The notes under the pieces were generated by a model that saw only the letters and a list, made by a program, of their open reading frames with translations, ran no database searches and was not told the DNA's origin. Shown piece after piece: positions 8,626-16,402 of a DNA stretch of 31,309 nucleotides. Location of the stretch: assembly GCA_036446715.1 (NCBI GenBank), contig JAZFTN010000196.1, positions 1-31,309 of the forward strand, written 5' to 3'. Position 1 is the stretch's first letter, and each line of letters begins with the position of its first letter. This DNA is from Acidimicrobiia bacterium (lineage in GTDB: Bacteria; Actinomycetota; Acidimicrobiia; Spongiisociales; ZC4RG35). A program made the position numbers and the translations under genes.

Positions 8626-9864
8626 TTATTGGAGGATCGAACTCCAGGTGCCGGAAGGAGCGACGAGGGCGTTCATGATGGTGTTGTTCCACTGGCCCCG
8701 CGGATAGCGCTCGTTCAGTCCGAACCAGTAGGCAAACTCGTCGCGTGTTTTGTCGAGGCGAGGCTCGTAGTGGCTATCGACCCATTCGAGGAGACCTTCG
8801 AAACGGCTATCGTCTCCGACCTCGCGAGCCAGCCACGTTCCTCGACATGTCGAGGGAATGTCTTCGAAGTCGGTCTCCGGTGTGAGACCGACGTGTATCC
8901 CGTTTGGGCCTTCGATCAGAAACCGGTCTATGAACTCGTTCCAGACCTCATGGGCAGTGTCGGGGTCAAAGGGCAGCAGATACTGGACCATCAGCGTCCA
9001 AGGCGCAGCAACGTGTGGGGCGTGGTCGATCATCAAGCCGATGTCGCGGTACATGAGGATTCGATCGACTCGATCATCGACACGCACCACAGCATCCGGA
9101 AGAAAAGACTGGTACCACTCGGCGAACACTGGCCATGAGTCCGATCCGTAGACCTTGTCGTGGAGTCTCAGACCGAGACCCGTCTCAGCCAGTCACAGAG
9201 GCCAAAGCTTGTGGATCTCACAACACAGACCTTGGGGTCGTCCTTCGAGAGCAGACGAGAAGTCCTCGGTCACGATCGTGTTGATCTCGCTGTGGCTGTA
9301 CCGAAACCTCAACTCGTCGTCGTAGACGATGTCGATCGGCTGGGTCGGGTCCCGCTGTGGATCAAGGAGCGCCCGTAGGCCCAGCACGAAGTTGAAGAAC
9401 CCCTTGTAGTAGATGGCACCCTGGGCATCGATTGGGTTCGACTCGAACCCAACCCCCTGCGCTCCGTTGGATGCCCATCCCGGAGTGTCGTACGACCCCC
9501 ACACCTCGCCAGGAATCAGCAGGCCCCGCCATCCTCTCGGATAGTCTGCCCGCTGCGGATCGGGGCCCTTCTGCTCTACCCACTCATTGAAACCGTGGTA
9601 CAGGCGGAGACGGTCACAAGCACCGTCCAGGGCGTCCACGCCACCGACCAGGTCGAGAGTTCCAGAACGGGTCGCCAGGACAACGGTTATCGCCATTCCG
9701 ATGGCGTCGAACCGATACCAGTTGTTGGTCGGCACCCCCGACATGTTGTCCCAAGCGGCAGCGGGAACACCCGAACTCGACCAATCATCGTCATCAAGAG
9801 CAAGTTTCCGCTCCAGATAGCGGATCCAACCCCTTCCCCGTTCCTCCAATGACGGCAGGCCCAT
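8626..9864 (-). CDS. Linalool dehydratase/isomerase-family protein, 412 aa, with in-frame TGA at 9195-9193 (putative selenocysteine, residue 224)
   Basis: The two track ORFs share a frame and are joined by 21 sense codons. NPIDAQGAIYYKGFFNFVLGLRAL resembles LDI [53 protein letters not shown] resembles LDI [31 protein letters not shown] (LDI sequence recalled from memory). Confidence 0.8.
9163..9181 (-). promoter_or_regulatory. Putative bacterial SECIS element
   Basis: mRNA reads UGA-CUGGCUGAGAC (11 nt)-GGGUCUC-GGUCU-GAGACUC: a 7-bp stem (one G-U) with a GGUCU loop. Confidence 0.7.
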
Positions 9865-9999
9865 TACCCACGAACCCTACTCACAGGGCGAAACCCGACA
9901 CGCCGCTGCGATCGTTGACGAGTCTCTTGGTCGGGTCTGATGGACCCCGAACTTCATCTCTGAGGGGAAGCGGAGGTTGCTGACCAACTCCTTCGGCGA

Positions 10000-10257
10000 T
10001 CAGTCGGATGTGACCAGGAGAACCTGATCGTGCACGCGTGCGCGTTCGTCTACTTTGATCGCGATGGGGTCGCCCGCCTTTGCCGACTCGACCGTCTCAT
10101 GCTCGATTTGGATCGAGTTGACGGCCTGAGTGAAGTCCGACGTGTGCCCGAGGATGTGAACTGTGTCGCCTAATTTGAGCTCGCCGGACAATTCGATGCC
10201 TGCAACTTCCAGCTTTCCGTAGTAGTGGGTGACAGTTCCGACAGGGTGCTCGGCCAT
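10000..10257 (-). CDS. Small beta-barrel protein, 85 aa (translation-elongation-factor-like / peptidase U32 C-terminal-like)
   Basis: MAEHPVGTVTHYYGKLEVAGIEL...LKLGDTVHILG...SIQIEHETVESAKAGDPIAIKV. AGAGG RBS. The rest of track ORF 10000-10818 looks non-coding. Confidence 0.8.
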   Translation of the reverse strand: MAEHPVGTVTHYYGKLEVAGIELSGELKLGDTVHILGHTSDFTQAVNSIQIEHETVESAKAGDPIAIKVDERARVHDQVLLVTSD

Positions 10258-10502
10258 AGTTGCCTCTTCTCGCTGTGGAGGATTCCAAGTATTGCAGCTC
10301 GTATGTGATCTGTCGTTGAGAGCCGTGGCTGGCCCACCTAGATCCTGCGACTTGAACGCCGTGTCTGGCGGCCGTGATTTCGGATTGTTGCTGCCGATGC
10401 CATTACCAAGACAAATCAACTCTTCGAGTCTTCGACCCGGCTTTCCAACGGCAGTCCTCGGCGCCCAGAAGTCGCTGACAACGGGCCCCCTACCTGTGTC
10501 GT

Positions 10503-11006
10503 CTATCTGGATTCTGGGTTGATGATGAGGCAGGTGGCTGTTGCTCGTGCGAGAGCTTTGTCTGAGGGGTCGAGAAGGGTGGCCTCGGAGACGGCAACCG
10601 TTCTTCCAATAGACACGACCCGTCCAACGCAGCGAACTTCGCCGGTTCTGGCGGTGAGGGGGCGCAGGTAACTGACTGCAAGATTGAGTGTGGCGTAGCC
10701 AACCCCGGCCGGGAGCTGTGACTGGACAGCGCAGCCGGTCGCCGAGTCCAACAGGGTGGCGGCGAGTCCTCCGTGAGCTGTTCCGTATGGGTTGTAGTGG
10801 AATCCGTCCGGCGTGCAACTGATCTCAACAAATCCCTCGCCGAAGTCGGTGAGCCTGAAGGCGAGCGTTGACGCCATCGGCGGGGCCAATTCCCCATTAG
10901 CCCATGCTTCTAGATACTGCTGACCGGACAAAGATCTCGCCGATTCGGCGAGTTGCCCGGGCTCTAACCATTCGTGTGATCTCGCAACAGAACTCATCTC
11001 CGCCAC
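10503..11006 (-). CDS. PaaI family hotdog-fold thioesterase
   Basis: HYNPYGTAHGGLAATLLDSATGCAV, TLNLAVSYLRP. AAGGAG 5 nt before GTG 11006. Confidence 0.9.
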   Translation of the reverse strand: MAEMSSVARSHEWLEPGQLAESARSLSGQQYLEAWANGELAPPMASTLAFRLTDFGEGFVEISCTPDGFHYNPYGTAHGGLAATLLDSATGCAVQSQLPAGVGYATLNLAVSYLRPLTARTGEVRCVGRVVSIGRTVAVSEATLLDPSDKALARATATCLIINPESR

Positions 11007-11086
11007 AGGTACTCCTTCGCCCAAGGTGGTGTAGGAGGATTTCTACACGATCCGACCAACACAAGAGTCGGGTCACACGGGACAGT

Positions 11087-12568
11087 TCAGACCGTCGCTG
11101 CCAATGCCATAGCTTGCTCAGTGGTCATGCGCCGCCCGGCTTCGATCGCTTCTTGGATGCCTGTCCGTGAGTCGTTCATCAGCGTCGTCACATCCTCGTA
11201 TTGGTTCTGCTCCACGTCAGCGATCGTGGCCCCGGTGCGTAGCTTCAGCGTTTTAGCGGCCCCAAGCATCAAGGCCGCGCGGTTCTCGTCCCCTTCGGAG
11301 ATTGTGATCGCAACGTTGAGGTAGAGACTCAGGACCACTGCAGCCAGATCTCGGGTGGTGACAAAAAGCGGTATGGCCATGTCGACGTACTGTCGGGCTC
11401 CGTCAGAGTTTCCAAGCAGGTAGTGCGTCTGAGCAAGCATGAATCGTGTCCAACCGAGGTCGAACGGAGAATCGAGAAGTTCGAATTCAGCGGCAGCGCG
11501 CTCCGCATGGGGAATCGTGTCCTCATAGTCCTTCGCCATCGTGGCGACGAAACAAAAACCCCAATACGCTCTCCCAATTCCTAGTCGATCGTCGATATCT
11601 TCTGCGATCGAAGGGGACTCGGTCAGATAGTCGATTGCCTGGCCAGTAGCTCCCATGTATGTGACTGGAAAAGAGAGGTTGTAAAGGGCATTGGCTATCT
11701 GAGTTGGGTCGCCATGCATTCGCAGCAGCACCAGCGCCTCTTGGTACGGCCCTCTCGCCGCTCCCCAGTCTCCCTTCCAATATGCGACGCCGCCTTGAGC
11801 CTCCAGGGCCATGGCCCGGGACCAGGGTTCGCCGCCCTCGAGGGTAAGCACCTTGCCGATGCGCCCCTCGGCGTCGACGAGGTGACCTCGGGCTTGCCAG
11901 AAGCGCCAGAGATTCCCCACCATCTCGAGAGCCAGGTCGGCGTTCTCATTGTCAATCGCCCATTCCAGGGCAGCCGTCATGTTGTCGTGTTCTATTGCCA
12001 ACACATCGAGCAGTGACGCCCCTTCACTCGTGAGCAGATTGGGGGGCGAAGCCCCTGGCTAGTCCTGCGAACACCGAACTGTGACGTCGGCGGATCTCTG
12101 TTTCCGTACCACGGGCCCTCAGAGCCTCGTGAACGAACTCACGAACCACCACGAGCATCTGGTACCGAGGCTCGCCTCCGGTAGAGGTGGGACGCATGAG
12201 GCTGCTGTCGACGAGCGTCCCCAGAGCGTCCAGAATTCCGGCGCCGAGATCGTCGGAGGGTCCGCAGATTTCTTCTATGTGGTTAAGGGTTGCTCCGCCC
12301 ATGAACACCGAGCAACGCTCGAAGAGAATCCGGGCGAGCTCGTCGAGAGGTCGTAGCTCCATCCGATGGCGTTGGACATGGTCTGTTGTCGCGTCGGAAG
12401 ATCAGTCGCTGTGCTGGCGAGGAGTCGGTTGTTGAGACGCTCCAGGATGGCCTCGGGTGTGAGCAGTTTGACACGTGATGCCGCTAGTTCGATCGCGAGA
12501 GGCAGGCCCTCCAGTCGCCTTGTCAGTTCCGTGATCGCTTGAGCGTTTTCTGGCGAGCCGCAGCACAC
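11087..12568 (-). pseudogene. 5'-truncated, doubly frameshifted STAND/NB-ARC ATPase-TPR regulator remnant
   Basis: LEGLPLAIELAA, IGWSYDL / LDELARILFERCSVF, YQMLVVVREF, EHDNMTAALEW and TPR-like repeats are spread over three ORFs. Frameshifts near 12345 and in the G6 run at 12041-12046. No Walker A region is present. Confidence 0.8.
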
Positions 12569-12586
12569 ACCGCTGCGTATGAGCGG

Positions 12587-13138
12587 CTAGCCGGCGGAAG
12601 GTCGACCGAGCGCCCCCGCGGCGAGTGTGACCCATCCGATAACGGTTGCGAGGAGGCCTATTTCCAATAGACGTTCATCAATCCCTGAAAGCACAGCTCC
12701 CAGAGGAATAGAAACGATGAACAGCCATGCCAGCAGTCCTGGGGCGAAGCTGTACTTGGGCAAAAGCTGATTCCGGCGAACGTCACCTCCGACGAGGAAG
12801 AGCAGAACCACTATCGAGAGCATGGTGACAAGGGCTGCGGGTCCGAAAAGCCCGTCGTCGCCTTCCATGACGTAAGCCACTCCGGCGGTCCCGCCTCCAA
12901 TGAGAGCCACCCACCCAAGAACGACGAGAACTCGAGCGAACCTGTTGACCCGACCCTTCAGGGCGTAGACGAGCAGGAGAATCGATAGGCCGAACCAGAC
13001 GAGAGCAAATTCGAACCAGTAGTCAGGCTGGTCGCCTGTGACCAGAATCACCACACTCTTGTAGGCCCACATTGCTGCACCGACAAGTGCCGTCAATCCA
13101 CCCCACAGAAGTAGGCGCTTGCTGCGATGAGATGACAC
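12587..13138 (-). CDS. Hypothetical multi-pass membrane protein
   Basis: 183 aa with about six hydrophobic segments; GGAAAGG upstream of the ATG. Confidence 0.7.
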   Translation of the reverse strand: MSSHRSKRLLLWGGLTALVGAAMWAYKSVVILVTGDQPDYWFEFALVWFGLSILLLVYALKGRVNRFARVLVVLGWVALIGGGTAGVAYVMEGDDGLFGPAALVTMLSIVVLLFLVGGDVRRNQLLPKYSFAPGLLAWLFIVSIPLGAVLSGIDERLLEIGLLATVIGWVTLAAGALGRPSAG

Positions 13139-13186
13139 CTTTCCACCGTACCGATCCGAGGGGTGGTCTGTCCGTTCGACCGTCTG

Positions 13187-14635
13187 TCAGATCGGAGCCT
13201 CGAGAAACCAGGTGCTCATTTCACCTTTTCCCTTGATGTCGATCGTGCCCCGAGGTTCGAGCACATACTTGCCTCGAAGTCTGGAGAAGGTCCCTTCGGC
13301 CACCTGAATCCGCCCCGGTTCTCCCGAGGACTCCATTCTCGATGCCACGTTTATGGTGTCTCCCCAGAGGTCGTAGGAGAACTTGGTGGTGCCGATGACG
13401 GCACCAACTGCGCTCCCCGAGTTGACTCCGATCCTGACACGCAGCTTGATGCCGACGTCGGAGACCCGACTGTTCATCCAGTCCCGCATCTCTAGCGCCG
13501 TTTGGGCAATCGCATCGCAGTGGTCGTCACGGGGAATGGGTGCCCCGGCGACGGCCATGTACCCATCGCCCATGGTCTTGATCTTCTCGACACCGTGGCT
13601 GGCGGCGATGCGATCGAAGGCGGTGAAGACCTCGTTGAGGATGTCAACTGCGTCGGCCGGATCGATACGCGCCGACAGCGGAGTGAAACCGACGATATCG
13701 GCGAAGAGGGCAGTGATCTGGTCAAACTTTTGGGCGATGGTCTTACCAGGCTGGGCCTTCAATTGCTTGGCGATCTCAGCCGGCAGGACGTTGAGAAGAA
13801 GTCGCTCGGCTCTAGCGTTCTCGTTGCGAAGCTGAGTCTCCAGCCGCCGTCGTTCGGTGATGTCTATGAAGGTGAGCACGGAGCCGATAGGTTCTCCATC
13901 TTGTTCCATCGGGTATGACCAGTACTCGGCCTGGAAACTGGACCCATCGGCTCTCCACATCACCTCGTTGTCGACGTGGACCCCTTTTCCCTCTCTGAAT
14001 GCCAGATAGATCTGGCATTCCTCCATTGGGTAGGGGTCACCGTTGGGGAGGGTGTGATGGACCAGCTCGTGCATGATCCGTCCGAGCAGGTCGGTGTCGC
14101 TGTCGAACCCGAGGATGCGCAGAGAGGCGGGGTTGGCGAAGGTGCAGTTGCCGTCGAGATCAACCCCGTATATGCCCTCACCGGTCGAGTTCAACAGCAG
14201 CCTGGTGCGCTCTTCACTCTCACGGAGACGCTTTTCCGCCCTTCTTCGTTTGGTGATGTCGATGAAGGTGAGGACGGAGCCGACCAGTTCCCCATCTTGT
14301 TCCATCGGGTACGACCAGTACTCGGCCTGGAAACTGGACCCATCGGCTCTCCACATCACTTCGTTATCGACATGGACGCCTTTCCCCTCTCTGAAAGCCA
14401 AATAGATCTGGCATTCGGCCATCGGGTAGGGGTCACCGTTGGGGAGAGTGTGGTGGACCAGCTCGTGCATTTTCCGGCCGAGCAGGTCGGTGTCGCTGTC
14501 GAACCCGAGGATGCGCAGAGAGGCGGGGTTGGCAAAAGTACAGTTGCCATCGAGATCCACCCCGTAGATCCCCTCCCCGGTCGAATTCAGCAACAGCTGG
14601 GCAACTTTGCCAGGATCATCTAGAGGTCTGGTCAA
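13187..14635 (-). CDS. PAS-PAS class III adenylate cyclase
   Basis: Two PAS/PAC domains, then FADIVGFT, KIKTMGDGYM, YDLWGDTINVASRMES. The Lys/Asp specificity residues indicate ATP. AAGGA RBS before TTG. Confidence 0.92.
   Translation of the reverse strand: MTRPLDDPGKVAQLLLNSTGEGIYGVDLDGNCTFANPASLRILGFDSDTDLLGRKMHELVHHTLPNGDPYPMAECQIYLAFREGKGVHVDNEVMWRADGSSFQAEYWSYPMEQDGELVGSVLTFIDITKRRRAEKRLRESEERTRLLLNSTGEGIYGVDLDGNCTFANPASLRILGFDSDTDLLGRIMHELVHHTLPNGDPYPMEECQIYLAFREGKGVHVDNEVMWRADGSSFQAEYWSYPMEQDGEPIGSVLTFIDITERRRLETQLRNENARAERLLLNVLPAEIAKQLKAQPGKTIAQKFDQITALFADIVGFTPLSARIDPADAVDILNEVFTAFDRIAASHGVEKIKTMGDGYMAVAGAPIPRDDHCDAIAQTALEMRDWMNSRVSDVGIKLRVRIGVNSGSAVGAVIGTTKFSYDLWGDTINVASRMESSGEPGRIQVAEGTFSRLRGKYVLEPRGTIDIKGKGEMSTWFLEAPI
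13844..14596 (-). repeat. Intragenic tandem duplication of the PAS domain (period 396 nt)
   Basis: Copies at 14240-14596 and 13844-14200; 114 of 119 aligned residues identical by manual count. Confidence 0.92.
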
Positions 14636-14719
14636 TTCGGTCCTTTTGGGCGAACGATTCTAACTGTCCTTGCAGGCCGAAAAAACCGGCGATTCAGATG
14701 CATACCCCGGCGCAGCGGC

Positions 14720-15367
14720 TCAGATCAAGGCGGCGGTCGCTTCATCGGTTGTCATCACGCCGCTGGCGATGTAGCCGAAGTTCACCAGGGCGGCCTGATA
14801 GCCGTCCCCGAGTTCGGGATGCCGGGCCGCCGCGGTGGCGTCCTTGACCACGACAACTTCGAAGCCATCTTCCGTTAGCTGGCGCAGGTGCGCTTCGACG
14901 CACAAATTGGCCGACATGCCGGCAAGGACTACCCGATCTACTCTTCTCTTTCGAAGCTGGAGCGCAAGATCGTTCGTCTCCGGTCCGTACACCTTGTGGG
15001 GGCTTGTCACGATCGTCTCGCCATCGGCGATGTACTTTCCCAGCGGATCCACCCAATCGGCTCCCGAGCCTTCGAATCCTTCCAACGAGAGTGCATCGGT
15101 GCGGTCGAACATGTTGATCTCATGCATCAGGTTCTCGAGCGTCCCACCGAACTGCCAGCCGTGGTCCGTCGGGAAGTAGTAGTGCGGTGACACAAAGACC
15201 GGGTAGCCGGATGCCTTTGCTGCCTGAAACAACCGCTCCAGGTTCTCCACCGTCCGATTCTCTGTGACGCTGTCGCCGACCAACCCCCAGGTAACCCCAT
15301 CAGGGCTCAAGAAGTCGTTCTGCGGATCGGTTATCACAACCGCGGTGTTGTTGGTGTTGAAGTCCAT
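14720..15367 (-). CDS. Isochorismatase/cysteine hydrolase family protein
   Basis: VVITDPQNDFL, HKVYG, LAGMSANLCVEAH, VVVKDATAA give a D-K-C triad. AAGGAG RBS. Confidence 0.9.
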   Translation of the reverse strand: MDFNTNNTAVVITDPQNDFLSPDGVTWGLVGDSVTENRTVENLERLFQAAKASGYPVFVSPHYYFPTDHGWQFGGTLENLMHEINMFDRTDALSLEGFEGSGADWVDPLGKYIADGETIVTSPHKVYGPETNDLALQLRKRRVDRVVLAGMSANLCVEAHLRQLTEDGFEVVVVKDATAAARHPELGDGYQAALVNFGYIASGVMTTDEATAALI

Positions 15368-15550
15368 CTCATCTCCTTGTTCGGCCCATTTCGGGCATCA
15401 CCTTCGACGTGTCACTTCGGCCAAGCCGAGGATAGGCCGGCTATCCGTGAATGACCCACCAAATGTCACTGAACCGTCGATTCGCGATCGTCGGTGTGGA
15501 ACAGCCGATTTGAAGGCAGGCTTCGGGTTCGCTCGATACGAGATCAGGAG

Positions 15551-15838
15551 CTATCGCCCATAAGAAAGGGCCACGGTGCCGGCGTGGGTATGAGGCGCCG
15601 AAGTCAAGAAGGAGCCCATCTCGCCTAGAACTTCTGCAACCGTGTCCGCTGCAGCCTGGTAGTCCGCTTCGCTGTCGTAGGCAGCGACCACCATTCCTTC
15701 CCCTTCCCCCGTGCGAACAAGGTCGGCGAACATGAATCCGTCTATCGCCTCGACACGCTGCCTCACCGATTCGGCCCAATTCACCAAGTCGTCAAATCTG
15801 CCTTCGTCGAAGTGAATGCGAGTCATTCGATAAAACAC
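15551..15838 (-). CDS. Small ABM-like dimeric alpha-beta barrel protein
   Basis: 95 aa with an ABM-like pattern (AIDGFMFADLV...VAAYDSEADYQAA). Strong AAGGAGG RBS before GTG. Confidence 0.7.
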   Translation of the reverse strand: MFYRMTRIHFDEGRFDDLVNWAESVRQRVEAIDGFMFADLVRTGEGEGMVVAAYDSEADYQAAADTVAEVLGEMGSFLTSAPHTHAGTVALSYGR

Positions 15839-16029
15839 TGTTCCTCCTTGTGTGCTAGCCCCGGCCTCGATTCGACCCTACGCCACAGCGGATCAGCGCG
15901 CGACCGCTCAAAGCTGTGGTTGCCTCACATCGAGACTCTTGTCCTGTGAAAGGGATCTCCCATACGCACGAGCTGCAGACGCAATATTCAGCAGTGCCAA
16001 GAGGGTTCATTCCGAATCCAAGGAGATGT

Positions 16030-16146
16030 ATGCCACGCCGGAACCGGGTTGATCCGTGGGGCGACATCCACGCTGTCTCACCACGTGGGCTATTCACCGG
16101 GAACCGTGGCTGTCTGGTTGATGACGCCGGTTCAAACCTCCGGTAG
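16030..16146 (+). pseudogene. N-terminal remnant (38 codons) of a conserved hypothetical protein, cut at a palindrome
   Basis: AAGGAG RBS, then MPRRNRVDPWGDIHAVSPRGLFTGNRGCLVDD. This resembles the NRVxPxG...RGxxxGNRG start of a roughly 200-aa uncharacterised family I recall. The stop codon lies inside the palindrome. Confidence 0.55.
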
Positions 16147-16173
16147 TTCCGCCCATATATGGGCGGAACTACC
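16142..16173. repeat. Perfect 32-bp palindrome
   Basis: GGTAGTTCCGCCCATATATGGGCGGAACTACC equals its own reverse complement. Confidence 0.95.
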
Positions 16174-16402
16174 TCGAGAAGAATGGATCGCCATCAGAAA
16201 GAGCAACGTCCGTTTTGTCGTCGACATCGGCGTCAGGTTATCGGCGATAGTGCTCGATTCATCGCCGAAAGACTCCCTGTCGGCCACCGAAAGTCCTGCG
16301 GACAATGGCCATTCTGCCCTGTCGCCAGCGGACAGATCGACCGAGGATAGGGAAGAGCGGCGAGCCAGTTGCCGCGAAGATTCTCAACCAAGGAAAAGAA
16401 AC

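Noticed and set aside
8626-9864. Two separate genes, or a simple pseudogene
   Set aside because: Not preferred, because the halves are in frame, the break falls on the catalytic Cys and a SECIS-like hairpin follows. A nonsense mutation is not fully excluded.
10258-10818. N-terminal extension of ORF 10000-10818
   Set aside because: Low-complexity, overlaps the thioesterase gene in another frame, and there is a good RBS and ATG at 10257.
15915-15929. CRP-like site TGTGG-N5-TCACA
   Set aside because: The spacer is 5 nt rather than 6 and one half-site is imperfect.
16120-16160. tRNA- or selC-like 3' end (GGTTCAAAC...TTCCGCCCA)
   Set aside because: No cloverleaf or matching 5' acceptor strand could be built; the similarity is explained by the palindrome arm.
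16049-16402. 118-residue N-terminal extension of SQR
   Set aside because: The Rossmann motif begins right after ATG 16403, which has its own RBS.
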